DNA of 63,975 bases, the filler included, from Klebsormidium nitens (Eukaryota; Plantae; Klebsormidiophyceae): assembly GCA_000708835.1 (NCBI GenBank). It is 6 parts of 6 records of this genome, joined end to end, with 100 filler letters (N's around TTAATTAATTAA, not from the genome) between each part and the next. Parts side by side here need not be neighbours in the genome. Positions count along the whole stretch, not along the records: positions 17,261 to 48,629 come from DF237760.1; 5 more parts are not named here. One strand, 5' to 3'. Position 1 is the stretch's first letter, and every line of letters starts with the position of its first letter. The translations under genes and the position numbers were made by a program. A model generated the notes under the pieces. The model was not told where the DNA came from. It saw only the letters and a list, made by a program, of their open reading frames with translations, and searched no databases. Shown one piece after another: positions 36,519 to 47,913 of this stretch.

Positions 36519-37985
36519 TGGTTGAAGTATTGTTTATGGAGAGCACGTGGTAAATAGATGGATGATAGATAGATAGAGCGCGAGGTGCGGTGCAAGTGTA
36601 CAGCTTAATAACGCCATTGCGAAACCGTAGCTTGACATTGCCGATAGAAGTTAGCCTAGTCAAAGAGGGGCGACTGTGTCGGTTTACACAATTGCTTGAG
36701 CGTGTCTGTATGATGATTGTTCCGAGACTTCGTAGGAGTCTTCTACAACTGCTCGAGTAGGCCAGCTAGGCAGGTTGTAGTCGAGGCGCTGGTAGGATAG
36801 GGTTAGCATTTGAATCCGAAAAGGGGGGGGGAATTGTGTGGCATCAAGAGAGCTAGAACCTAGTCAGGGTAGATAGATACAGATTCGATATCATGTTCTT
36901 GAACATTGCTTGAGACCAACAAACTTCCAGACCTTGTGTTTATACTTGCTGACTTCAAACCAACTGAACCAAATTCAAGTCAGCGATTCTGCATGCTGGA
37001 CAATATGGTACACCATATCCGAAATCTACCGGTGTGAGTACGTCCGCCACCAAAATGCTGGCCGGGCTAGGTCAGTATTCAAGGCCACATATGGCGCGCT
37101 TGGCTCTGGCAGGCTAATGTTGAAGATCAAGTTGTTGGTCCAGGTTTATATATGATCATGGCTGCGCGCGGCGGTCGCGCTCTTTAGCCGCGCCCGGCCT
37201 ATCTGCTGGTGATTACGCGTAAAGCTTGATCTAGTCAGGAGTCAAATGGTACAGAATGACGTATGCGTCCAACTCATGGGTGGCCAGCTAAGCCATGGCA
37301 CGTGTGGCATGCCATGGCGTACCTAGTTCATTGCTGACTCGATGATGGGCTGCCGCTAAGGCCTTAAGCCCAAATGTGCAAGCTATCATGATCGACCCAT
37401 GGATCGACCCGGCCTTGAGTTCGCGAGGATAGTCACTTACAAATTGGTGATAAGACCCCATGTCACACATGTGAAACCGCTGCCGCCACATGTTTCTCAA
37501 GACATCTTCAGCAAGACGTGCATGTATATAAGCAGGCTCGATTAGCTTTCACTGCGGGAGGCTGAGCCATGGTAATCCGCAATGCAGTGTGAATGACGCG
37601 TTTGCCCAGCCGGTGGCTTATCGGTGGTTGTCGGCCCTCATGCTAGGCCGCTGTGGCCGAATTTAGGCCAAGCCCCACGATGGGCCTTTGGCACTGGTCA
37701 ACTCACAAGCATATTGCATCTATGAAGATCGGTCAAGTGCATACCAGTACCTCGCAAGCCCGAATCTGATCTGCTTTGTCCCTTCCCGGGAAGTGAATGA
37801 TTGAAGGTGACAGAGGGCAAGCAGCACCCTGTTTGCCTGATTAGACGCTTCAGGAAATCCTTCTGAATCATCACCGCACTCTCGTGACATAATCATAGAA
37901 TAACTCACCACTTAAAAGCAAAAAGGCTTCGACTAAAGAGCCCTGTCCAAGTACCGGCTGCAGAGGAGAAGTTTCTAGGCTGTCC

Positions 37986-39407
37986 CTACTTGAAGAGCGA
38001 CTTGAGCACCGAGAATGCAGCTCCTCCCCCCAGGACGATGGCAACTGCAATTGCCAGCCCAGGAGAGGGCGTCTCTAAGCCCGCCAACTGCAAAGATTGA
38101 AACAGATAAAATTCAGAAGAGCAGATAAGTCGTCAGTGCTTTAGGTTGGGGTTCCGCTGTGCTTATGCTTACTAGTGTAAAGTAAGAGCGTGAAATCCGC
38201 AAACATCATATGCCTCGGTATGTCCAGCTTTGCGGAAGCATCATCATATCTCTTATGACGAGTAGAAGGGACGGGTCACTCAAAGCCTCACCGCAAAAAC
38301 CCCCTTGCCTGCTACGATTTCGGTTGTCAGGACCGCCGTGAATGCTAACATAGCCGCCCGACCCAACCACACGTCAGCACCGGAAGCATTGGTTGACTGT
38401 GCATCGGGCTCAGCCATGCACCGAACACTCCGTCGAGTCGGAGCGGACACCGTCCGAGTCAAAGCGCTAGGAGAAACTGCAAGTAAATGAACGTGAACGG
38501 TCATGTCATATGGGCGTTGCGCCACTACGAAAGCATGTTGGGATTAGCTTTTGCTGTAGTTTGTGACACTCCAAGCTTTGCCGCCCTCTGGCGTCTACTC
38601 TGCGCTATATGTTCAGTCTAGTGGCAGCAAACAAGGGGTCGGTGTGCCTTTAGGCTGCCAGATGGAAAAGGCAAGGCCGGTTCTGAGCAAAGTAAAGCAA
38701 GTTCTGTGCACATTAGCGCCCCTTTTTGAGTGTGGGTGCCCTTCTGAAAGAAACACAGTACATCTCTGCTTAAACAGACTGCCACTTCACATATCTTTGA
38801 GGGAAAACTCGACTAAGGGAACTGCACTGGTCAAAACCATTTGGCAGGGGCCACGGTATGACCTTGTGCTTCAAACGAAAGCCGTTGTTTTGGGACAAGT
38901 TCACGAGATTCCCACATGGGGGTTTTGAATACGTGCACCCTGTGTGCTGCGCCTCACCTAGAGGAGCCCCAGAAACGAAGGTTGACCGGATGAGTGGCGA
39001 CTTGCTTTTTTGTAGGTGGCTTCTTACACCCGCTCGCTGGCTTCGATGCCCTTGGAGCTGGCAGACTACGGTGCGCTTGGAGCTCCTTGCTGCCGAATCA
39101 ATCGATTGCAGGGCTGCAACAGGAGATAATGCAAGTCTGAAGACCAAAGAATGTAGCAGTCTAAAAGACAGACGTGTCCAACGATGCTGACAATGCAAAA
39201 GTTGGCTCAGAAAAGGCAGGAGTGGAAGAAGCGAACCGCTCTTTGTGACTGAGCTCAAGTGCAAAGCATTCCAGCATTGAATGTAGAGGAACGAGAAGCT
39301 CGCTCAACCTCCAAAACGGTCCACCTCGGGATCAAAAGCAAGCCTTTTTCTATGTTTGCACCTGAGCATTGCAATGCCGCCTGCTGCGCAACTGCCGAAG
39401 CCGCCAT
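37986..39407 (-). CDS. SEP1: Stress-enhanced protein 1 (two-helix light-harvesting-like protein)
   Basis: Exons 39407-39362, 38476-38292 and 38087-37986. Product MAASAVAQQAALQCSVSPSAL...RCMAE...DVWLGRAAMLAFTAVLTTEIVAGKGVFALAGLETPSPGLAIAVAIVLGGGAAFSVLKSLFK*. The DxWLGRxAM variant of the chlorophyll-binding motif plus a second helix matches SEP1. Confidence 0.85.
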
Positions 39408-40145
39408 GGCTGGTGCTTTGCGTCCGTTCCAACTTCTCGCTTTCTCTTCAAAATGTGGCCTGATATCACCTGTTCTGAACACAATCCACCTCAGAGTCAC
39501 AGACTCTGCGACTGTGACAGGCGGCTGACAAAAGCCTTTGGAGCTGTGCAAATGCACCCGCTAGTTACCTATCTAGTAGGCCCTAGGCACCCGCTAGGTA
39601 TCCTACCTACCTAGTAGGCCAGCCTGAGCATTGCAGCCTGCAGGAGCTTTCTTCTCGTGGCGCTGTTCGGATATTGCAGTAAAATTGGAGTCCTACCGGT
39701 GCCATCATGAAGACCAGTGTTTACAATTCTATGATTCTAGTCATTCTAAAAACATGAACACCAATTCTACATTCCTGCCCAGAGCAGACACATTAAAGCG
39801 GCCCTATACCTGGATCTACAACGTGACCTCCAAATGTGCATGATGATGGGACGGTGAACCCTCTGCATGGTCAGGGATCAGACGTCTGCATTCTCGACGA
39901 CCAAAATCGCGTTCACAAACTGGAATCTGCATGCATTTGGCACCTTTTTCAGTGAGGGAGGACAGAGAGCAGCTGCAAGAAGGAAGGGCAGGGAAAGATT
40001 TTAGCTGGTTAGGCCGTATCAAGCGGCAATTGGTTGCATGTCGCAAAGTTGATGTTCCAATTCTCGGATCGCTGTCCAATGTGAATCTGCGTGAGTTCTC
40101 AAGCTCATTCTCCATGCGTGCGGGTAGTCTGCGCCTGAACTCACG

Positions 40146-43100
40146 ATGAGGCCACCCAACTTCTCCTTCGCTAGGTTTAGATCTGCATTGGCTGCTCTAC
40201 AGCAACCGCTTCTGTCAAATGTACGCAAAGCGGCTGCAGAGCCCGGGGCAAAACTCCAGGAAGCAGGGACTAGATTCCAGAATGGCCGTGACTTCTTTAG
40301 ATCAAGGACCCCCTACCTATTGGCGTTGGCAGCTAGCGGCGGCCTGGGGGGGTTGTGCATGGCCCTGGCAGATGCCCCCCAGAAGAGCTCACCAGTTGAG
40401 GGCACAGTCCAACAGGCGCAGGAGCAAGCGGAGAAGAGCGAGGACCGCAAGAAGAGGGTGGTCATCCTGGGCAGCGGGTGGGGGGCTACTGCAGTGATGC
40501 AGGTCAGGACATGCACCTTTTGTCATCTGGTCCGTTTTTCTCAGATCTTTCTGTATGTTGATTCTGAAAAGCATTTTTCCCGCTGCCATACCTGCGCTCA
40601 TCACATAAAACACACTCGGTGATTTACAGAAATAGTACTGGCGACAAGATGCAATAGCTTGTGAAGACATCCTGTCTCTCTGTCATCTAGGAAAAGTGCC
40701 GACGGCTGACCCAGGGACCTATGTTTCTAGGGAAAGTGTTCACTCTCACCGATTATATCTGTCTGATTTCCTACTGGTTAATTTGCGCAGTACTTCGTCT
40801 TGTCAATTGTAAGAGTCCCCCCAAGTATTCCTGCAGTCTTTCAATTGAGAGGGCCACATTTCTTCCGACGCTTGTGGACAGCATTCTCTGACATATCGTC
40901 ATGTCTTGTAGGGACTTGATACGAGCCTCTATGAGGTGAGTTTTTAACACATGAAGTGGAGGTCGAAGCACGCTACTTTCCTGGATTGGAATCTCTTCGA
41001 GACCTTTATGAGATCTGGGTCCTCAAGTTTGTCATATGTCATGCACAGAATTCTCAACTTTGTGCTTCGTATGTCGCAAATGTTTCCACCATCTTACTGT
41101 AGTTCTGAGGCAACGGGGATCTATGATTCTTGAGTTCCCCATCAATGCTGGCCGGAAATCAGATTACACCGGCACCGTTATTTGAGGACAATTCAAAATA
41201 TCCATGAACTTCCACTCAGTGAGGCTGGCTATTGTCTCGACAGACCATCATCGTATCCCCCCGCAACTACTTCCTGTTCACTCCGCTGCTTCCAGGAGTT
41301 TGTGTCGGGTGAGTGCCGCAACTCGCTTTTATGCTCTTTCGAATTTTGAGGAATGATGTAGAAGGTTTGGCATGCAGAAGCGGGGGGGGAGGTGCAACAG
41401 GCCAGAAGAGTTGCATCCGTCAATTCTAGCTTTTGTCCAATGTCACTTTTTTCACCTTAAAGATCTGGCATAAATCAGCTAGGTTGCTCATCGTATTTCT
41501 GGCTGTTCCTGATGCGTTGTTGAACATCTGGCAGAACGGTGGAAGGCCGGAGCATCTCTGAAGCGGTTCGCAAGATGATCGTGAATGTAAGTAACTGCCC
41601 TTCAGAGGCAATCTAAAGGCTTCTTTTGAGTCTGGTGTTCTCATTTGAGACATCTTGACCGCAACTGTACTACTTGCCCTCTGAGGCGACGGAAGGGGGC
41701 TGCATCAATAGCAAGCGAGGCTCGCAAGCAAACTTGCAAGACAAAGGAGATCGTATCATGCTTTGATAATACTTCTGACCGCCTTTCCCATGCGGCAGCC
41801 TCCAGAAAGTATCGCCTGGCATTATTCTTTCAGACCACCCCCGTTTGCATGGAAAACCTGTCAGTAATTTCGGCCCACTTCTACATATCGAGCAACAGAT
41901 CATCCTGCCAGTGAAAGAAACTTCACCCGCATCCTGATAACAAACATTCGTCGAATCACTGAAGAAGTCACGCAGTCTTCATGGACGCAAACAACGGTCA
42001 ATGAACTCATGCATATTCAGTTCAGTTGAAACGGTCGATGAACTCATGCATATTCAGTTCAGTTGAAGGAACTTCGGACTTTATGGCTGATTGTCCTCTA
42101 ATCAGATGCGGTCAGGATAAGACCCCCAATTCGACCACTGTAATATCAGTGAAAAAGATGTAGTGATGCGGTCCTTAACCCTCCTCACTAACCCGATTTG
42201 TGTAGGCTAAAAGCTCGGCAAAGTACCAAGAAGCAGAGGCTATCAGCATCGACCCAAAGAATCAGCAGGTGCTTTGCAAGGTAAGCGCTTCTCTGCTCAT
42301 CACCTAAGACATTATCAAAGCCTTCACTTGTGGGTGCTCTTGTATCTGTAGAAGAAAAAAGGACGGCTGTAGGTTGACTCAAGAGCGTGGCCGAAACCTT
42401 TTTACAATACAGGCCGTTTGCTTCGTCTTTTTCAATACGATTGACGTGAGAAGCACCCTTGGAAATGTCAATGTTCCTCGAACCTCTAGTACAATTCAAG
42501 CGAGGTGGTCTCCTTGAAATTGCTGCATGATCAGAGACTGCATACTGGCACAGACGAGGTTTTCAGCATGCGGATAGACGTCTCATTTGAGCATATAAGA
42601 TTCCTTCAGGGGTTTCTAAAATATTACATAATATCATGCAGGACACGTCCGCAATCAGCGTCACCGGCAAGGACTCTTTCGCACTAGACTACGATTATCT
42701 GGTCGTGGCGGTGGGGGCCGAGACCAACACGTTTGGAACGCCGGGTGTGAAGGAGCACGCATACTTTCTCAAGGTGGGGAGTCTCGGGCCACCCATCTCC
42801 AAGATGGGTCCTGTGGGCCGTTTCAACCGCACATGTTTGAGATACATTAGATTAGAGCACGTTATTTTCGGCGTTGACCACTGACCCCACATCTGGGCAG
42901 TTGTTTGCATTGCATTGGAAGCAGACCGGTTTTCTCGCGTAAGCTGCCCGATTCTGTGCAGGTGTCGCCCTTGTTACAAACATTGACAACGCTGACGGAT
43001 CGTGGAAAAGTAATAGTATCCTTTCCCGCAAGAACCGGTTCGTAGTTCCTTCCCCACACTTTAAGGTCGCGTAAAGAACGAACGACTCGAACTGCGAAGA

Positions 43101-46100
43101 GCAAATGCAAATACTTCCCGAAACCGCAGGAGATTGACGATGCCGACAAGATCCGCGAGAAGGTGATTGACTGCTTCGAGACGGCGTGTCTGCCGAGCAC
43201 CACGGAAGAGGAGAAGCGCCGCCTGCTGCACTTCATCGTCGTTGGGGGGGGCCCCACCGGGTGCGAGTTTGCCGCAGAGCTGCACGATCTGGTGGAAGAG
43301 GATCTGAAGCGGTTGTATCCAGAGTGTGCGCCTTACACCAAAGTGACGCTGGTCCAGTCGGCGGACCACATTCTCAACACGTGAGCACGCTTGTCCCTGC
43401 GCTAACTTCTCGTTTCAGGAAGTTTGGTTTATTGTAGCGTGCAGCATACAGAGCAGCGGTTGGATCGTGTGGATCTCAGCCAAGGGGCTTGTTGCAGTTC
43501 GTCAGACGCTTGCGCTGTGTGCGGTCAGCGGATGCAGACAGAGTCTAGAGCAGCCTTTCAAGCCGGAAACCTTGATCTCAGGGTAGAGCGGCACAAGTAG
43601 ATACGCCCTTGGCAAAGCAGGTCGTCTCACATCACAGATGCGGTTACCGTGACAAATGTTGTCTGCTCTGTGATTTTTATGCAAGCCCCAAAAAAGTAGT
43701 TCTCGATTCTCAAACAATTGTGTCTCACTCGCGATTTGCAAGCTGGCAGAAGCCACTGAAGCAACGCCGAAGTGACCAGATTCGTCTGCGCCTGTCACTT
43801 GGTTGATAGCTTCTCAAGAAAGCAGTACGGTCATTGTGCCCACTTTCTTATGCACAAAGTACTGACCTATGCAACACTTGGCTTTGCAGATTTGATCAGC
43901 GGATCAGTGACTACGCCACCAAACACTTCTTGAGGTAATGCGTATGACGCTTTTTTGTCGATGTCGCTGTTGCTAGTATTCTCCGTGTCTCTCCAGAATT
44001 GCTTCCATTCATTCACTGTTAGAAAAGCTGGAAAACACCCTGAAGCACACAACTATCGGCGGACCTCTTCTTCCAACTTACAATACGCTTCAACCTGCTT
44101 GCACTGCCCATGCTAGCCAGACTCGCAACTAGAATATCGCTGGAATCCAAGCTCAACGTTCTGCTTAACCGCACTTGTTCGGTCACCATTTACACCTCAC
44201 TTTACACCCATTCGCACCCGTCTGCGCAGGTCCGACATCAACGTCAAAGTCAGCTGCCGCGTAATCAACGTCACGGACCGCACGCTGACGATTTGGGACA
44301 AGTGGAAGAAGCAAAAGGAGGAGCTGGAGTTCGGGGTTACGGTATGGGCGACCGGAATCGGAACAAGGCCTCTCGTTTCAGACCTGATGGAGAAGATCGG
44401 GCAGTCGGACCGGAGGGCCCTGTTGACGGACGAGTGGCTACGGGTGAAGGGCACGCAGGGGATCTACGCTATTGGGGACTGCGCTACAGTGCAGCAGCGG
44501 AGTCTGGTGGTAAGAGACTGGAAGTTTGGGACTTGGATGGTTGGGCTCTGGTCTTGAATATTTTGGTTGTTAGAAGTTCGGCCATTTTCTGCTGTGGGAG
44601 TTGCGCGGTGGCTGGGCTTTGGCGGTGGAACGATGGGGATTGCGAACATTGCAGGTTGCATGGAGCGCTTGATGGATTCGAGATCGGTTCATCTTGGGCT
44701 CTTGAGGAAGAACACCTCCGGTTTAGTGAACAGGAAGGCTTTCTGCTGATTGGAAATTCGGATGTGGACGGTCCGGGGATTTGGACGGTCTGGGCTTTGA
44801 TTCGGACGTCTTAACTTCTGCTTTCGGACGCCTTGGGTTTAGAACACAGACGTTCCGGGCTCTTAAACCGGACGTGTTGGGCTCTGGCTGTAGTGTCATG
44901 ACGAAGTGGATGAATTCCAGGGGTAGTTTGACAAGGGATTATGCAAAGTTTGGCGTCATCGTCGTCTCCCGCTCTCAACATCAAGCAAACGTGTGCAGTC
45001 TGGTTCACGGCTGAATCTGTATCTCTTCCTCGCTGCGCAGGAGGATGTGACGTACTTGTTCAAGCTGGCAGACAAGGATGGTGACGGCAAGCTGACGTAC
45101 GATGAGCTGGCCAAGGTGCTGAGCGAGGTCAAGGAGCGGTTTCCCCAGGTGAGCCAGTCTCGCTTTTGTCGACACGTGCTTTGGGTTGAGGTCTGCCTAG
45201 ACGCAGCCTCTTATGAATACAGGGTTGAAAGTGGGGCTCGATGCATTGGATCGATTTTGAGGTGACAAAGTTGCGACATGGCCCGTTCATAAGGATTTGA
45301 GAAATTTACCCAGCATGGGGCCGTGCTCTTCGGTTTGCGAGCAGAGGAAGGATCACAAGTTTTTTTTTTCGGGTTTGCAGTCTCAGGGTCTCCAGCCGAG
45401 GACCCCAATGTGCCCAGAAAAATTAGCCTTGTGAATCGGGGTTGAGGTATATAGACGTTCATTTTAGTACAGTAAGCAAGGAACGATGGACTACAGAGGT
45501 CAGGGAGGGTTTGAGTACTCAGCAGATCAAACTCTGACTAGACTCTTTTCTGAATGCTCGCCCCAATGACGGATTGTGAATCAACCCGGCCAAAAGCAAC
45601 TTCAAATGGAAAGTACACCTCAGACAGTGTCCTAACACCTCGAAACAACAAGTCCTAAGAGCTTCATGTCGCGCTTTTTGACAATATTAAGTCCTAATAG
45701 CTTATTTTCGAATCTTTTTCTGCTTCCCGCAGGTGGAGCACCATCTGAGCAAGTCGGGGCTGCGCATTCTGCTGCACGATTTTGCGGAGGACCCGTCCAA
45801 GATAACGCTTGACATCGACGCTTTCACCAAGGCGCTCTCAAAGATCGACAGCCAGGTCAAGGCGCTGCCGGCGACCGCACAGGTAATGCACGAGCGTACT
45901 TGGTCCCCTCTTGAAAGCGAAGAGCCGATGGCGAGCACAGTCACGAAGCTAATGGATTGTAAAGTGTACTCTCCTGTTCTTCCATTCTGCGCCCCTTTCC
46001 CGAGCTACGGCCGACTTTGGCAGCTTCCGCCCACAAAGGAAAGAAGGGAATAAGAGTGGGGGCGGACGCGCACAAAGAGCCATTTGAGTGGCGGAAGGAG

Positions 46101-47913
46101 GCTGACGTCATGAAAGCGCTTTGAAGCTTTCCAAGAGTGCTTTTGGAGTCGGCATTCTTGGAATATAGATTGTTTGAAAAATGGAAGACTCGGCAGTCTT
46201 GGACAAAAAAGTCAGCCATGCGGGCTGCAAAGAAATCAATGGTCATCTCTTGCAGTTTACACCTTGGCTGCTGGCAGGGTTTCGCCGTTTTTAAATACCT
46301 TACCTTACTCGATCTCCCTTCTTCAGTAAGCCAGCGGTTCTAGTATCTTCAAAATTGTCCGCAGTTCAGGTTCACTACGTAGCAGCAAACCGTATTACGT
46401 CTGTAACCCCGCCGTCCAGGCGTCGTCCAGGGTTAGCCTCCTCAGTAGAATTGTACCGCAATCTACTTCCATTTATTGCTCATTCAATTCTTGTGATATC
46501 TGCCAGGTGGCGTCACAGGAGGGCACGTACCTGGCCAAGGCACTGAACCACATGGCCGAGCGGAACATTGTACCGGAAGGACCAATGCGGATAAGGGGCG
46601 AGGGGCGCCACTTGTGCCACCCGTTCAGGTGCGCGGACCGTCCCGTTTTGACTGCTCCCCTCCGCTTCGACAGTTCCGTTCCGTTTCCACAGCTCCGTGT
46701 ACTCCGCTGCCGAAAGTATCTCCAAAGTGGTCCAGAAACGACCAGTGGAAAAGTCGGAACCAAGACGATCAAAAACGTATGATATCACATATGATGTAAT
46801 AACTGCTCCTCCAAAGCCACCCCGGTTTGGATTTTCTGGTCAGACCATTGAAGTGAGTTATTGGCGTGTTTTAAATGATAAGGGGCGGCAGTGTCTGATT
46901 GGCCTGAGGTTTGGCGTTCACTCACAGAGTCGTGGTCTCGATCTTCCAGAAGTTCAAGGTAGAGTCGTTCGTCCAGTCGTAGAACGTTGACGTCCAAGAA
47001 CGCGCCCGTCGTGAATCTCTGTGGCCGTTGGGTTGCTTGAGAACCAGGTACGTCGAGGGCAGATGTCACCAAGCTTGGTAGAAGAGCCTGCTATCAGGTA
47101 CAGACACCCAACAAACCTGTTAATTCCTTTCCTGCTCAGGTACAAGCACTTCGGGCAGTTCACGACACTGGGCGGCGGGGAGGCGTCCGTGGAGCTGCCC
47201 GGGGACTGGGTCAGCTCCGGGCGGAGCACCATGTGGCTCTGGTACTCGGTGTACGCGAGGTGAGCCCTGACGTCATCCTGGCAGTTTCGTGACGTCTACG
47301 TTTTCAGGCGTATTGGGTTCACCTGACCTGGGGTAGCTTTGGTAGTCGGCCGGTGTGCACATGTGGGAGCTGACGAGTCGTATGATGCTTTTTCGATGAC
47401 GTCTTCAGTATTGTGCCACATGTGCACCATGGCAATTGCATACGGGCTTTGCCCTTATTGGTGACAGAAGTACCCGGCGATGTGACGAAAGAATCTGACA
47501 GCTCATTTCAAAAGACGGTTTCAGCCGCTTCGTTATTCTGGATCGAGTCGGTTGGGCTGGACGCATTGGTGGGTTGAAGCTCCTCGAGCCTGCACCTTTG
47601 CCGGAAGTGTGCACATGGGTGTTAATGACTGTAAGTTCGAGTAGCAAATTGCCTAGGATGCTATATATGGAAACGAAAGCAGCTTCCCGGAGGTTAGGAT
47701 GGCACATCGGTCTTCTCAAGTCGCAGCTCTCGTAGGCCCGCCAGCAGTTCAATGTCTGAGATGCCTTTTTGACGCACCTTTTGAAATCTGCTCAATTTGA
47801 CGTTTTACTTGTTCCTTGGCTGCAGCAAACAAGTGAGTTGGCGTACCCGTTGCCTGGTCGTCATGGATTGGATGAAGGCGGCATTATTTGGTCGAGACTC
47901 GAGCAGAATGTAA
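40146..47913 (+). CDS. NDB: Mitochondrial external alternative (type II) NAD(P)H:ubiquinone oxidoreductase B with EF-hand; 14 exons
   Basis: Phase-consistent exons: 40146-40501, 40912-40935, 41244-41308, 41535-41586, 42206-42280, 42642-42773, 43130-43380, 43890-43934, 44230-44509, 45041-45148, 45733-45882, 46507-46628, 47140-47259, 47826-47913. Motifs: [54 protein letters not shown]-hand [49 protein letters not shown]. Confidence 0.96.
41993..42066. repeat. Near-perfect 37-bp tandem duplication in an NDB intron
   Basis: AACGGTC(A/G)ATGAACTCATGCATATTCAGTTCAGTTGA x2, one mismatch. Confidence 0.95.
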
